DNA from: Candidatus Altiarchaeota archaeon
Lineage (GTDB): Archaea; Altiarchaeota; Altiarchaeia; IMC4; SCGC-AAA252-I15
Length of the DNA stretch: 64,000 nt
Direction: 5' to 3'
Assembly: GCA_043800255.1 (NCBI GenBank)
Contig: JAZDNF010000003.1
Coordinates: 47,923 to 111,922, forward strand
Positions 26,684 through 36,806 of this stretch are shown piece after piece (within the stretch, counting starts at the first letter, position 1; every line of letters begins with the position of its first letter). Below the pieces are notes generated by a model that was given only the letters and a program-made list of their open reading frames with translations, had not been told where the DNA came from and did no database searches. Position numbers and translations under genes: made by a program.

Positions 26684-27208
26684 TCAACCATATGCGTGAG
26701 TCGGAGGATACTGTTTAATCAGGAATTTCTTGACATCTTCGAAAGGCAGATTAGGGTCGGAGACGTTCACGGCAACGACAGTGTTCTCCGAACGCCAAGC
26801 TATGAACCTGCTGCCACCATAGGATACAAGATAGGTTGAATCATTGAGAGGCTCCAGCCGGAGTGACATGCTCACAAGGGTTGTGTTAAGCCAAATGTCA
26901 GGATTGTCGTTGAAGAAAACCTGGAATCTTGAGCCTCCGGAATCAAAGTACGACTCTGTGAACTTTACGTTGGAGGCGCCGCTGCCGTAAGGGATTTTGA
27001 GAATCCGGGATGCAGATTCGACCAGCTCATAATCGAACACCAGAGTTGAAGTGTAAAGCGGGCCATCAGCAACCTCGTCGCCGCTGCTCAGCAGCAGATA
27101 GACTACAACAACAATCGCGATTCCTGCAAGCAGAAGAAGCCGTTTATCCTTAGGCCTGTCCTTCTCAGACCTCTCCACCGCAACAGGAGATTCAAACTCT
27201 GAATCCAT
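26684..27208 (-). CDS. Hypothetical membrane-anchored protein
   Basis: N-terminal TM; C-terminal W...KFLIKQYPPT resembles 55716..56315. Confidence 0.65.
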   Translation of the reverse strand: MDSEFESPVAVERSEKDRPKDKRLLLLAGIAIVVVVYLLLSSGDEVADGPLYTSTLVFDYELVESASRILKIPYGSGASNVKFTESYFDSGGSRFQVFFNDNPDIWLNTTLVSMSLRLEPLNDSTYLVSYGGSRFIAWRSENTVVAVNVSDPNLPFEDVKKFLIKQYPPTHAYG

Positions 27209-27209
27209 C

Positions 27210-28712
27210 TCACAGGAACTTCACGTCATCTGGTATTTTTCCAACATACTTTTTGAAGCCCTTAGGCCAGTCGGCAGGGTCAAAACCCTTCTGCGCCAGA
27301 AAGGCTGAAAGGTAGCGTTCGAAGCTGCCTCCAGCGCACCCGGACCAGAGTTCCCCCTTCTGGCCTTTCACGTTGAACGACTTGGGATACGAGTCCCCGT
27401 TATTGGAGCAGTTCTGAACCTCAAGCCATTTCCCGCTGTAGGGGAGCTCGGCCTCGAAGTCGACGGTGCCTACTACCATTTTATCATCGACCTCGTAGAG
27501 GCCCTTCTGTTCCATGAACCAGGGAGTCACCCAAGCCTCTCTCATGTTCAGCTCCAGTGTCTTCTCCATGAGATGCCTGAATTTTTTCCTAACCTCATCC
27601 GTCAGCTTCCCGGTCTGCTCCTCGGTCCCGACCCACAGCGTCTCAACCCTGTGCAGCTCGTCAACCCTCTCGAACCCGTGGGCTCCGCCGCTCTCATACC
27701 GGTAAGTAGGGCCGCTCCAGTCGAACACCTTGATCGGCAGGGAAGAGTCTGAGACCGTCTCGCCCTCAAGGTAAGTCCAGAATGGAGGGCACTGGGCGAA
27801 CGCGAGACCGCCCTTCGGAGGCTCAAGCCGCTCCAGCAGCTTCTCATAGGGCATTTCGCCGGTTATCTTAATCAGGTCGGTTATCTCCTCCCAGTCGGCT
27901 GGGTCAGCGCTCTTAGGAGTCGCGTAAAAGTAGGGGTTGAACGCCCCATAGTATAAGGCCTTCATGTGGCCTGACTTCTTCCACGTTATCCAGTCGACGA
28001 GCTTGGGGAATATCATCCCAACGAAGCCGAGAGGCTCGTACACCGTTTCGACGATGGCCCTCTTAATCGCCTCGCACAATTCCGTGATCTGCGGCCCTAA
28101 GACGAACTGGTTCCTGTGAGGCGTCCGCTTGATCCACTTCCTCCCCAAAAGCTCCTGCGAGGGGTCCTCAGAGTAGAATGTCTTTTGCTTTTTGCCATCG
28201 TAGACCACCCGGTGATGCTCCTCCCTGGCGCCGTATCCCTGCTCTTTGACCTTGTCCTTCACGAGGTTCACAATCCGGTCAACGTAGTTCTTCCTCAGGA
28301 ATTCTTCTGAGAGGTCCTCGAGGACGAGCGAACAGACCGTGCCCTCAAAACTGACCTTTTTCGCATAGGGCACCGTAACAGGCTTCTTAGGGGGCAGGTC
28401 GACCTCGAACCTTATCTCATACTTTCGCCCGATGATGTCTCTAACGCCGAGATGATGCTCCTTGCCGAGCGCGCTCACGAAAAAATTCTTTAATCGCAGT
28501 ACAGCATCATGGGGCCTCACGTAGCTTCCTGAAGTCACGATCAGGGACAGTTTCTCTCCTGAGACCCTGATGTCCGTGACTTTCGCCCCGACGCCGTTGG
28601 GGTCGCCTTTCTTCAGAATTCCATCGGCCCTGCCGATGACAGCCTTGAAATCCAGGTCTCCGGGATTCTTCGTCAGTATGAAGTCACACTCTAGCCTGAA
28701 ATCCATCGTCAA
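27210..28712 (-). CDS. serS: Seryl-tRNA synthetase, methanogen (rare) type
   Basis: SGSYVRPHDAVLR N-domain; AQCPPF; SGPTYRYESGG..GFERVDELHRVE; WSGCAG..ERY..FLAQKGFDP..WP. Confidence 0.9.
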   Translation of the reverse strand: MTMDFRLECDFILTKNPGDLDFKAVIGRADGILKKGDPNGVGAKVTDIRVSGEKLSLIVTSGSYVRPHDAVLRLKNFFVSALGKEHHLGVRDIIGRKYEIRFEVDLPPKKPVTVPYAKKVSFEGTVCSLVLEDLSEEFLRKNYVDRIVNLVKDKVKEQGYGAREEHHRVVYDGKKQKTFYSEDPSQELLGRKWIKRTPHRNQFVLGPQITELCEAIKRAIVETVYEPLGFVGMIFPKLVDWITWKKSGHMKALYYGAFNPYFYATPKSADPADWEEITDLIKITGEMPYEKLLERLEPPKGGLAFAQCPPFWTYLEGETVSDSSLPIKVFDWSGPTYRYESGGAHGFERVDELHRVETLWVGTEEQTGKLTDEVRKKFRHLMEKTLELNMREAWVTPWFMEQKGLYEVDDKMVVGTVDFEAELPYSGKWLEVQNCSNNGDSYPKSFNVKGQKGELWSGCAGGSFERYLSAFLAQKGFDPADWPKGFKKYVGKIPDDVKFL

Positions 28713-29494
28713 CCAGTGTATGCTTTCAATATGTTCGCAACGTCAACGACTCCGACCAGCTTGCCCTTGGAGCCTAGCACAGGAATCGAGAGGAACCTGT
28801 GCCTTGCCATCAGAGAGGCGACGTCTTTGGTGGCGTAGTCCTCGTTGACCGTCAGAGCAGGAGTGCTCATCACCTTCTCGACTGCGATGTGCTTCGGCTT
28901 CCCGGACTCCTCGGATATTCTCGCGTGGCCGTGCCTCATGATGTCAGACATGCTTATCATGCCTATCACGCGGTTATCCTCAAGAACGGGCATGCTCGAC
29001 ACATTCTCCTCGACCATCATGTCCCAGATGGATGAGAGGCGGTCGTCGAAATTGCAGAAGTGGAACTTCTTCCTGTAGACGTCGCGCACCGACCTCCTGA
29101 GGGGATGATAATCCGCCTGCACAAAAGCGTTGAGGATGTCAAACGACGATACTATGCCGACAAGCCGCCTGTCAACAACAGGAAGCTGCCTTACGCCGGC
29201 TTTCACCATCTGTCTGGCAGCTTCGAATATGTCATCATCAGGGCCTACGGAGAATACCTCCGACGTCATGAGGCCGCCGACGAGGACGTTGGTCCTGGAG
29301 GACGTGACCTTGAGGACGTCTCTCCGGGATATGATCCCGACGATCTTGCCGTCCTCGATGACAGGCAGCGCCCTGAAGCCGTGCTTCCGGATGATGGAGC
29401 GCGCCTTCGAGATAACGTCATCAGGCTTCAGACATACGGGACGCTCGGACATTACCTCAGCGGTAGTGATCATTTTATGGATTATTCGATGCAC
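28709..29494 (-). CDS. CBS-domain protein (four CBS repeats)
   Basis: Repeated LPV..G.LVGIVS motifs. Confidence 0.9.
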   Translation of the reverse strand: MHRIIHKMITTAEVMSERPVCLKPDDVISKARSIIRKHGFRALPVIEDGKIVGIISRRDVLKVTSSRTNVLVGGLMTSEVFSVGPDDDIFEAARQMVKAGVRQLPVVDRRLVGIVSSFDILNAFVQADYHPLRRSVRDVYRKKFHFCNFDDRLSSIWDMMVEENVSSMPVLEDNRVIGMISMSDIMRHGHARISEESGKPKHIAVEKVMSTPALTVNEDYATKDVASLMARHRFLSIPVLGSKGKLVGVVDVANILKAYTG

Positions 29495-30009
29495 TCATCG
29501 CAAAGCATCCTACCGTCGACGCTGCGCAGATTCTCAGAGTAGTTCTCGCATGCTTCGCATATTCCGGATATCATGCCCTGCGTGGCGGCGTGCGCCTCGC
29601 TGAGCTCCCACTTGCTCCGCTCCCTTATCAGGAGGTGGAGCGCTGGCTCGACTGCGACTATGTCAAACTCGGATAATACTCCGATTATTTTGTCATTGGA
29701 CGTTACGACAAGCCGTCTGATGTCTTTGTCCCTCATGAGGCGTGCCGCATCGTCGATATCCTCGTCCGGTTTCACTGTCACCAGCGGGGAGGTCATTATC
29801 TCAGAGACCGCGACCTTTCTAGGGTCTTTGGACTTCGCAACCACCTTGCTGGTGATGTCCCTCTCGGTGACGATGCCTACGGCGTCGCCGTCCTTGAGCA
29901 CTATAACGGAGGATATCTCGTTCCTGTCCATCACCTCGGCAGCCTTCTGCACAGTCTCCTCTATGTCGATGCCTATTACGCCCCTCGTCATCACATCGCC
30001 AACCTTCAT
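29482..30009 (-). CDS. CBS-domain protein with C-terminal Zn ribbon
   Basis: VGIVTERD, IRRLVV; GICEAC..LCDEC. Confidence 0.9.
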   Translation of the reverse strand: MKVGDVMTRGVIGIDIEETVQKAAEVMDRNEISSVIVLKDGDAVGIVTERDITSKVVAKSKDPRKVAVSEIMTSPLVTVKPDEDIDDAARLMRDKDIRRLVVTSNDKIIGVLSEFDIVAVEPALHLLIRERSKWELSEAHAATQGMISGICEACENYSENLRSVDGRMLCDECIE

Positions 30010-30087
30010 ATCAGCCTCTTGCTCAATTTTTCGGTCCACGTTATTTAATCGAAAAGCGTAGATTTAAATACGAGTTTACGTTTAAAA

Positions 30088-31779
30088 ATGGAATTCGATT
30101 TTGAGATAAAAAACAAGGATGTGGGAGGACGCATCGGCCTTCTCAGGGTAAACGGGAGAACAGCTGAGACGCCGGCGTTAATGCCAGTATACAGTCCGAC
30201 GAAGCCGCTCATCAGCACAAAGGAGCTCAGGAAAAAATTCGGCGCAGAAGTGCTGATGACCAACTCGTACATCATGCTAAAGAACGCTGAACTGAAGAAG
30301 AAGGTGCTTTCGAAGGGAGTCCACAATATGCTCGGCTTCAAAGGCATAATAGCAACAGACTCCGGCAGCTTCCAGCTGATGAGCTATGGGAACATACAGG
30401 CAACCAACCATGAGATAATAGAATTCCAGAACAATATTGGGAGCGACATCGGCTCCTTCCTTGACATACCCTCCCTGCCAGACTCCTACAAGCCGAGGGC
30501 CGAGGAGCAGCTGAACAAGACGCTCGCGCGGGCTGATGAAGCCCTGAATGCCGATTTTCTCGTGAACGCTGGAGTGCAGGGCGCCAAATACTTGGACCTG
30601 AGGGAGAAGGCTGCCAAAGCCCTTGGGAAAAAGTTCAACATGGTTGCAGTCGGCGGAATAGTCCCGCTGATGGAAGCCTACAGGTTTTCCGAACTGGTTG
30701 ACATCATCGCAACAGTGAAGAAGAACATCCCATCGGACAGGATAGTGCACGCCTTCGGCCTCGGCCATCCCATGATATTCAGCCTCGCAGTAGCACTCGG
30801 AGTAGACCTCTTCGACTCGGCAGCCTACGCGCTCTACGCCAAGGCTGATAGGTACATAACAGCAGAAGGCACCAGAAGGCTTTCAGAGTTGGAGCACATC
30901 TCATGCCTGTGCCCGGTATGCAACAAATTCGGCCTCGAACTGAAGGAGCTTGATGACGAAAGGCGGGTGAAGGCGATAGCAGAGCACAACCTTTATGTGA
31001 CGTTCTCTGAAATCAAGAGGATAAAGCAGGCGATACGGGAGGGCAGCCTCTGGGAGCTGCTCCTTATGAGAGTCAGAGCGCATCCCAGAGTGTTCGAAAG
31101 CCTTGACACGATGCTCAAACACAACAGGTGGCTTTCCACCCTGGACCCGATAACAAAGGACAGGGCGTTCTACGTCACAGGCCCGGAGTCAAGGAAAAGG
31201 ACCGAGGTCGTGAACGCTAAGGCCAGATTAAAGTACGTCAGCTCAGACGATCTGGTTGAACTGCCGGCTTTCGGAAAAGTTCCAGCCGCATTGCTAGAAC
31301 TCCACCCGTTCTCAACGCTGGCGGAATCCTCCACCGCAGACGACCTCTCAAAGTTCAAGGCGATACTCGAATACCAGTTCAGGGCGGAGGCTGACACAGT
31401 ACTGCCCAAAAAGATAAAACTCAAACGCTCCAAGACTTCAGGCAGGCTGAGATACGCCTACCACGGGAAGGAGATGATAGCAGCCGTGAGAGCGAAAGAC
31501 GGGTTCATAATACCGAAAGGCAGCCTCCTCAAGAGCCTGCACGATAACTCCAACTTCCCCAACCTACGCGTTGTGGTAGAGGACGACGCAGTCCCCTTCA
31601 TCAAAGAGGGTAAGAGCGTCTTCGCCAAATTCGTCACAGCGGTCGACAAAAACCTGAGAGCAGGGGATGAGGTGCTGATCGTCGACAGAGATGACAATCT
31701 GATACGCGCAGGAACGCTGACGCTAGCCCCCCAGGAGGCCTTAGACTTCAACAGAGGAGTCGCAGTAAGAATCAGATGA
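30088..31779 (+). CDS. tgtA: tRNA-guanine(15) transglycosylase (archaeosine TGT) with PUA domain
   Basis: ETPALMPV; TDSGSFQL; HAFGLGHP; DLFDSAAY; CLCPVC; C-terminal PUA (GKSVFAKFV..LRAGDEV). Confidence 0.95.
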   Translation: MEFDFEIKNKDVGGRIGLLRVNGRTAETPALMPVYSPTKPLISTKELRKKFGAEVLMTNSYIMLKNAELKKKVLSKGVHNMLGFKGIIATDSGSFQLMSYGNIQATNHEIIEFQNNIGSDIGSFLDIPSLPDSYKPRAEEQLNKTLARADEALNADFLVNAGVQGAKYLDLREKAAKALGKKFNMVAVGGIVPLMEAYRFSELVDIIATVKKNIPSDRIVHAFGLGHPMIFSLAVALGVDLFDSAAYALYAKADRYITAEGTRRLSELEHISCLCPVCNKFGLELKELDDERRVKAIAEHNLYVTFSEIKRIKQAIREGSLWELLLMRVRAHPRVFESLDTMLKHNRWLSTLDPITKDRAFYVTGPESRKRTEVVNAKARLKYVSSDDLVELPAFGKVPAALLELHPFSTLAESSTADDLSKFKAILEYQFRAEADTVLPKKIKLKRSKTSGRLRYAYHGKEMIAAVRAKDGFIIPKGSLLKSLHDNSNFPNLRVVVEDDAVPFIKEGKSVFAKFVTAVDKNLRAGDEVLIVDRDDNLIRAGTLTLAPQEALDFNRGVAVRIR

Positions 31780-31878
31780 TGGTGCCTATAACCCTGTGCC
31801 TCTAGACCAGCCTACACGGACACACATTATGATGTTCAATCCCAAAACAGACTTATGGTGAATAGTATACAATACATA

Positions 31879-32844
31879 CTAGAACATCGCGCCAACAGAG
31901 TTGTCATAATCCTCGTTGATGAGGGTGTCATGGATCTTTCTCCTCTCTAGGTTCTTCTCAAATTCATCCTTGAAGTATTCTTTTAGCAGTGAAACGTAGT
32001 CTTCTTTTTCGATGATGCTTTTCGCAGCCAAAGCCCCGCTTATTATCGCATACCTGATGCCAAAGCCCCGGGAGGCATCTTGGAAGCCAGCAGCCTCTCC
32101 CACGAGAAGCTGTTTTCCATTTGCTGCTTTAGAATAGGGGTTTTTTGAGTAATAACCATAGCCGCCTACGCGCTCGACCAGCGTGGCATCCTTGGTTATC
32201 TTATTTAGAAACTGGTTCATGTGGATAGCTTTGAGGAAGATTTCATCCAAACTTGAGAATTTTCTCTTGTCGAAGGTGACAGCCATCACCGTAGAATGCT
32301 TTCCATAGGAGAGCACATAGGCGTAGCCATTCGGCACTATATTGTTATCATACAACAGGTAGAGCGTGTCCTTCTCCACGTTCAAATCCAGATAATTGAA
32401 CCCTGTACCGTATATGTTCGCCTTCTCAGCGGGGGTTCCAGTAGCGTTTATGTCTGCATTCACAGGCTTATCCCAGTTGAAATAGAACTTTACGCCGTTA
32501 GATAATGCATCAGCATACAACTGCTGCTCCAACGCCAGCTTCGCCCCACCAGTGTTCAGAAGATAATACCTCCTTCTGCCCATAATCCGCGAGAAGCTAG
32601 GAGACATCTTCACCACCTGCTCGGTCCTGCTGACACTGTTGACTGTTAATCCCAACTTCCTGAATTCCTTTAGGGGGTCTCCGCCGGGATAATTCCTCAA
32701 TGCGCATATATTCCGCCCAAACTTATGACCTACCTCACTGTTTTTTTCGTACACGATAGAGTTATATCCTGCCTTCCCCAAGACTACTGCCGCCGAAAGA
32801 CCTGATAAACCAGCCCCGATTATTTTGATATTCTTTGAATACAT
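31879..32844 (-). CDS. FAD-dependent oxidoreductase, geranylgeranyl-reductase-like
   Basis: IIGAGLSG; PNGYAY; VGEAAGFQD..GFGIRYAIISG. Confidence 0.85.
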   Translation of the reverse strand: MYSKNIKIIGAGLSGLSAAVVLGKAGYNSIVYEKNSEVGHKFGRNICALRNYPGGDPLKEFRKLGLTVNSVSRTEQVVKMSPSFSRIMGRRRYYLLNTGGAKLALEQQLYADALSNGVKFYFNWDKPVNADINATGTPAEKANIYGTGFNYLDLNVEKDTLYLLYDNNIVPNGYAYVLSYGKHSTVMAVTFDKRKFSSLDEIFLKAIHMNQFLNKITKDATLVERVGGYGYYSKNPYSKAANGKQLLVGEAAGFQDASRGFGIRYAIISGALAAKSIIEKEDYVSLLKEYFKDEFEKNLERRKIHDTLINEDYDNSVGAMF

Positions 32845-32847
32845 CGT

Positions 32848-33234
32848 TTACCAGTACTTAAACTTTTTTTTGCCGAGTACAAATATCCCAAACACAAAAA
32901 TTAAAGCAACCACTAAAAAAAGAATGCCAGATGGTGTGTTAAACGTATAAAGTCTTCTTGTGAGGACTAATACGATGAATCCGACACCTATAAATCCAAA
33001 GTAGTTTGCTTTTTTCAAAATCCGGGATCCTACATCCATTTCTTTGGCGCCGAATTTTCTCAAAGCCATGAACACGAGAGTTATGCATAATAACAATGAT
33101 AGTGTTGCCAATGTCAACAGTATTGTTAATATCCCATCTTCGACAAGTAAAGTAGCAAACAGTGAGAATCCAAAAATGAGTGTAAGGGATAGCAGACTTA
33201 TTTTAGTCGCCTCTACCGGTGTTAGTTCCGTCAT
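32848..33234 (-). CDS. Small 4-TM membrane protein
   Basis: Hydrophobic helices; operonic overlap. Confidence 0.65.
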   Translation of the reverse strand: MTELTPVEATKISLLSLTLIFGFSLFATLLVEDGILTILLTLATLSLLLCITLVFMALRKFGAKEMDVGSRILKKANYFGFIGVGFIVLVLTRRLYTFNTPSGILFLVVALIFVFGIFVLGKKKFKYW

Positions 33235-34061
33235 ATAATCGCCTCTGAGATGAGAAGCATAACCCCGGTTAGTGGGTAGGATAAGATTGATGGAAGAAAG
33301 GCCCGTTTAATATCCTCCTTAATCACGGCATATGATAGATACCCTCTCAGTGGGAGAACAACAATAAGACTTAGATACAGTGGAGGAATTGATTTGATAA
33401 CTAGGAGGGAAAATAGCATAGCATACTGGAATAGGGTAATCGTCAACATTAACAATCCAGTATTTTTAACCCCCATTAGTATTGGAACTGTCCGGATCCC
33501 TGCCTTCCTGTCGCCTTCTATATCAGGTATATCCCTTAGGATCATCCCACAGAGGCTTAATGTTGAAAAGAAAACAGCGACGAGTAAGATTTTAACAGTG
33601 CTAATATTGGAAAAAGCTGACGACAGATAGATGAACATCAAAAACCAACTGAAAGTCAGGATTATCGTTTTAAGCCACCCATATCTTTTGAACCGTATAC
33701 GTCCATGAGAGTAAGAGTATCCAACAATCAATATTATTATAGCTAGTACTAGTGTGAAAGTCCCGATAACATAGCTGATGAGTAAACCTAAGACCGCGAA
33801 AATCAGGAGTATACGGATATAAACATTCTTATTTATGAAGGATAATGGATTCGGTCTTTTATTCAGAGTATCCTCCTCGATATCTGTTATATAGTTGTAT
33901 CCATATGTGGATGCAAACAGGCAAAAGCCTCCAAAGAGAATTTCTAACAATCTAATAGAAGACAACTCGCCTGAAGTTAATGCAAACGCACCTAATGCAT
34001 AAGATAACAGGACTATCACATGTCTGTACCGCATAATCTCTAGTGTCTCCCTCAAGTCCAT
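33231..34061 (-). CDS. UbiA-family prenyltransferase
   Basis: YNYITDIEEDTLNKRPNP and RDIPDIEGDRKAGIRTVP Asp-rich motifs. Confidence 0.9.
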   Translation of the reverse strand: MDLRETLEIMRYRHVIVLLSYALGAFALTSGELSSIRLLEILFGGFCLFASTYGYNYITDIEEDTLNKRPNPLSFINKNVYIRILLIFAVLGLLISYVIGTFTLVLAIIILIVGYSYSHGRIRFKRYGWLKTIILTFSWFLMFIYLSSAFSNISTVKILLVAVFFSTLSLCGMILRDIPDIEGDRKAGIRTVPILMGVKNTGLLMLTITLFQYAMLFSLLVIKSIPPLYLSLIVVLPLRGYLSYAVIKEDIKRAFLPSILSYPLTGVMLLISEAII

Positions 34062-35203
34062 GATAATTTACCCGTTTCGGTTAGAATTAACGCCAGCGAT
34101 CCGCTTGCAGTACTTGCTGTAGTTTTCTCTAGAAAAATTCTTTTCCCTTTGAGTGAGGATAACATTCCAGATAATATTCCCCTGAAAATAACAAGATCGG
34201 AGTTTTCAGAGTATCTACTCCAAGGGAAATGATTACATATTACATTGAATTTTCCGTTACTCTTTGTTACAACCATGTCCCCCCATCCAAGTGCAGGAAG
34301 GAAATCTGATATAAACTCAAGCTTTTTTTCTTCCTGTGCTAATTCGAAGCCACAATCAAAAGCTGAATCGAATAGTACTCTTTGTCCATCCTTTGATTTT
34401 TTAAACTCATCCTCAAGAACATAGATGAGATGAGATTCGCACATGAAGTAACGGAATTTTCTGTACATCATTTCACCACGATTGTAATCTAAGAATCCCG
34501 CATCCATAAGACTCTTAAGCGAGTTTTTCGCATAGTCAGCATGTCTAATTTTGTTCATGCGCTCATATGCTTGACTTTCGGTTATAGTAGGCACATTCGT
34601 TTCCGTGAAAAATTCTAACTCTTCTCTTCGCAGGATATTTGGAGGCGCGCTTATAATCTCACAACTATCGTCTCCCCGACCGACACATTTTATCTGCACG
34701 CTTTCTATCGAGGGATCAACCATCATATACGACCATATGCCTGCGCTGCCTCCGGCAGCCCAGAGATACCCATGACCATTTGACCTGCATACTAGGTATT
34801 CATCTGCCGTGAATACTAGTTTCTTCTCTTCTTTTTTGATAGAGTATTTTACATTTTTTGCATACGTAACTCCGAGCAGTCCTGTGAAAAATCCCGTAAA
34901 ATTTAACACCTCTTTTTCTGCTGAATTCTTCAGATTTGGGAAGTTCGAGAGATTAGCATATAAGTACCCGAATTTCTTTCCAATCGAGTAAAGAACTTTC
35001 TTCCCCGCATCTCCATTTTTTTGGATTGCTCTGTTTTCTAGAATAATGAAAAACCGTTCTGGAAGGAACAATAATCTCAGATACGTTCTAGCTCCTTTCC
35101 GTGATGCCTGCGTTATCAGAAATCCGGGCTGGTCTATTATCTCTATTTTTGGCAGTATCACTCGTTGAATCCACAATCTGATAATCTGGTCTTTTAGGCT
35201 CAT
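34052..35203 (-). CDS. Tandem V4R-like domain protein
   Basis: VLYSIGKKFG; CVGRGDDSCEI; ALGWG; RGILSGMLS. Confidence 0.7.
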   Translation of the reverse strand: MSLKDQIIRLWIQRVILPKIEIIDQPGFLITQASRKGARTYLRLLFLPERFFIILENRAIQKNGDAGKKVLYSIGKKFGYLYANLSNFPNLKNSAEKEVLNFTGFFTGLLGVTYAKNVKYSIKKEEKKLVFTADEYLVCRSNGHGYLWAAGGSAGIWSYMMVDPSIESVQIKCVGRGDDSCEIISAPPNILRREELEFFTETNVPTITESQAYERMNKIRHADYAKNSLKSLMDAGFLDYNRGEMMYRKFRYFMCESHLIYVLEDEFKKSKDGQRVLFDSAFDCGFELAQEEKKLEFISDFLPALGWGDMVVTKSNGKFNVICNHFPWSRYSENSDLVIFRGILSGMLSSLKGKRIFLEKTTASTASGSLALILTETGKLSWT

Positions 35204-35973
35204 TATGAGTTCGTATTTTCAGATTGACCAACTTTAATACCGTTTTTTGTGAATTCAAAGGGTACCATACCACTCTCTATTTTAGTTTCCCGTAGTTTAG
35301 CCACTTCAATGAACCTATTTACTGCATCTCCTACGACATTTTTGCGTAAGATCATTACTCCATCACACTCGTACTCCGCAACGCCGTCTACTGTTATTCT
35401 GGGTCCACCGTCTTCGGCTTCGCCTACGAGTATTAGGGTGGTGTTTGTCCCCTTGAAAGCCTTCTCCAGTTTGAGCATCAGCCGCCAGATGTCCTGCCTG
35501 TGGAGGTCTCGCATAGATTTCACGACCTCTACTTCCTGGCCAGCCTTCTTCTCTTGGGATTTTTCTTTGCGCACTCCAATCTCCAGGAACTTAGTGATTG
35601 AATCAAGGATGATCACCACGCCTTTGTCATGCTTCATCTTGCCCATGCTGATGATGTCTTCGGCGGTGTTGTTTATGTCCACTATCTCCTCCCGGGGTGT
35701 TGCCACCATGAGCTGCCGTTTTTCCGCGTAATCTCTAAGATTCCAACCGAACATGTCACCACGCCCATAAATTTTCTCAGTATCAGATTCAAGGCTCATA
35801 AGAACCACAATCTTGCCCTGCTTCAGAAAATTGTAAGCCATCTGCGTCACCGCGATAGTCTTCCCTGTACCCGGTCCCCCGGCCACCAACAGCGAACTCC
35901 CCGCAGGGATTCCTCCTTCGATCAGTTCATCCAGTCCATGTATTCCCGTGGGTATTCTTTCGATTTCAGCCAT
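35203..35973 (-). CDS. KaiC/RAD55-family ATPase
   Basis: TGIHGLDELIEGGIP; GGPGTGKT; ILDSIT; DGVMIL; VAKLR. Confidence 0.9.
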   Translation of the reverse strand: MAEIERIPTGIHGLDELIEGGIPAGSSLLVAGGPGTGKTIAVTQMAYNFLKQGKIVVLMSLESDTEKIYGRGDMFGWNLRDYAEKRQLMVATPREEIVDINNTAEDIISMGKMKHDKGVVIILDSITKFLEIGVRKEKSQEKKAGQEVEVVKSMRDLHRQDIWRLMLKLEKAFKGTNTTLILVGEAEDGGPRITVDGVAEYECDGVMILRKNVVGDAVNRFIEVAKLRETKIESGMVPFEFTKNGIKVGQSENTNS

Positions 35974-36026
35974 TTTTGTGCAAACCTCTGGTTAACATAT
36001 TAAGACAGACGCTTTTAAAGCGGCAT

Positions 36027-36806
36027 TTAGACAACTCGCCCTATTGTCGTGTGCGGGCAGTCATGTTTTCTGCATATTTTCTCCAATCTATGAAGCTCCT
36101 GCTCTGGGAGGGTGACGAGAAAGTTGTCCAGGTTTCGGGTTATGCTGTAGGGTATTTTCTCCTCCAGCTTGAATTTCCTGCCTGATTTCCTTTCCATCTC
36201 GTATACGACGGAAACCAGGCCGCCTTTGGTGACGTCCTTGCTGGAGTTGATTTTGGTTTTTTTCAGGATAGCATACCACGTCTTGAACAGCAGTTTAGCC
36301 TTCTCCAGGCGTTCCTCTTGCTCGCCCCATATGGGCTCGCCAACCAGCGCTATGACGTCTCCAGGTCTCGCGCCGTCGTCTCTGATAGGCTCGTCCAATA
36401 ACAAGTCGCCGATTACAGCAAGAGTGCATCTGGGCTCCGCATCCTCGAACAATGTGTTGCCCCCGAGGAGGGGAATCTTCAGCGATAAAGCCTGCCGCTT
36501 AAGGCTCCTAATCATCTCCCTCACGTCAGACTCTTCCCCGATGAGACAGTCAAGGGCGAACAACGGCCTCCCGCCCTTGACGATGACGTCGGTTGAGGCG
36601 TGCACCAGCGCGGACTTCATGACAAGCCTCTTAGTATAGGGACCGTCCGCTGACACGAGCAACTGCTTACTGCCGAAAGGGTGGACGACTGGATCATCCC
36701 ATGCTGTTATGCCAAGGACTGGCTCAGCCAGCGTGTCCATTTCCAACAGCTCCTCCCTGATCCAGAGCAGACTATCAACGAACTTCTCAGGAAGATCTTC
36801 CCTCAT
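36027..36806 (-). CDS. AIR synthase/PurM-like family protein
   Basis: WDDPV, VSADGP, TDVIVKGGRP, GGNT, ARPGD, SKDVTKGG. Confidence 0.8.
   Translation of the reverse strand: MREDLPEKFVDSLLWIREELLEMDTLAEPVLGITAWDDPVVHPFGSKQLLVSADGPYTKRLVMKSALVHASTDVIVKGGRPLFALDCLIGEESDVREMIRSLKRQALSLKIPLLGGNTLFEDAEPRCTLAVIGDLLLDEPIRDDGARPGDVIALVGEPIWGEQEERLEKAKLLFKTWYAILKKTKINSSKDVTKGGLVSVVYEMERKSGRKFKLEEKIPYSITRNLDNFLVTLPEQELHRLEKICRKHDCPHTTIGRVV

Noticed and set aside
31780-31878. Possible tRNA or att remnant after tgtA
   Set aside because: No cloverleaf, T-loop GTTC or acceptor stem could be formed.
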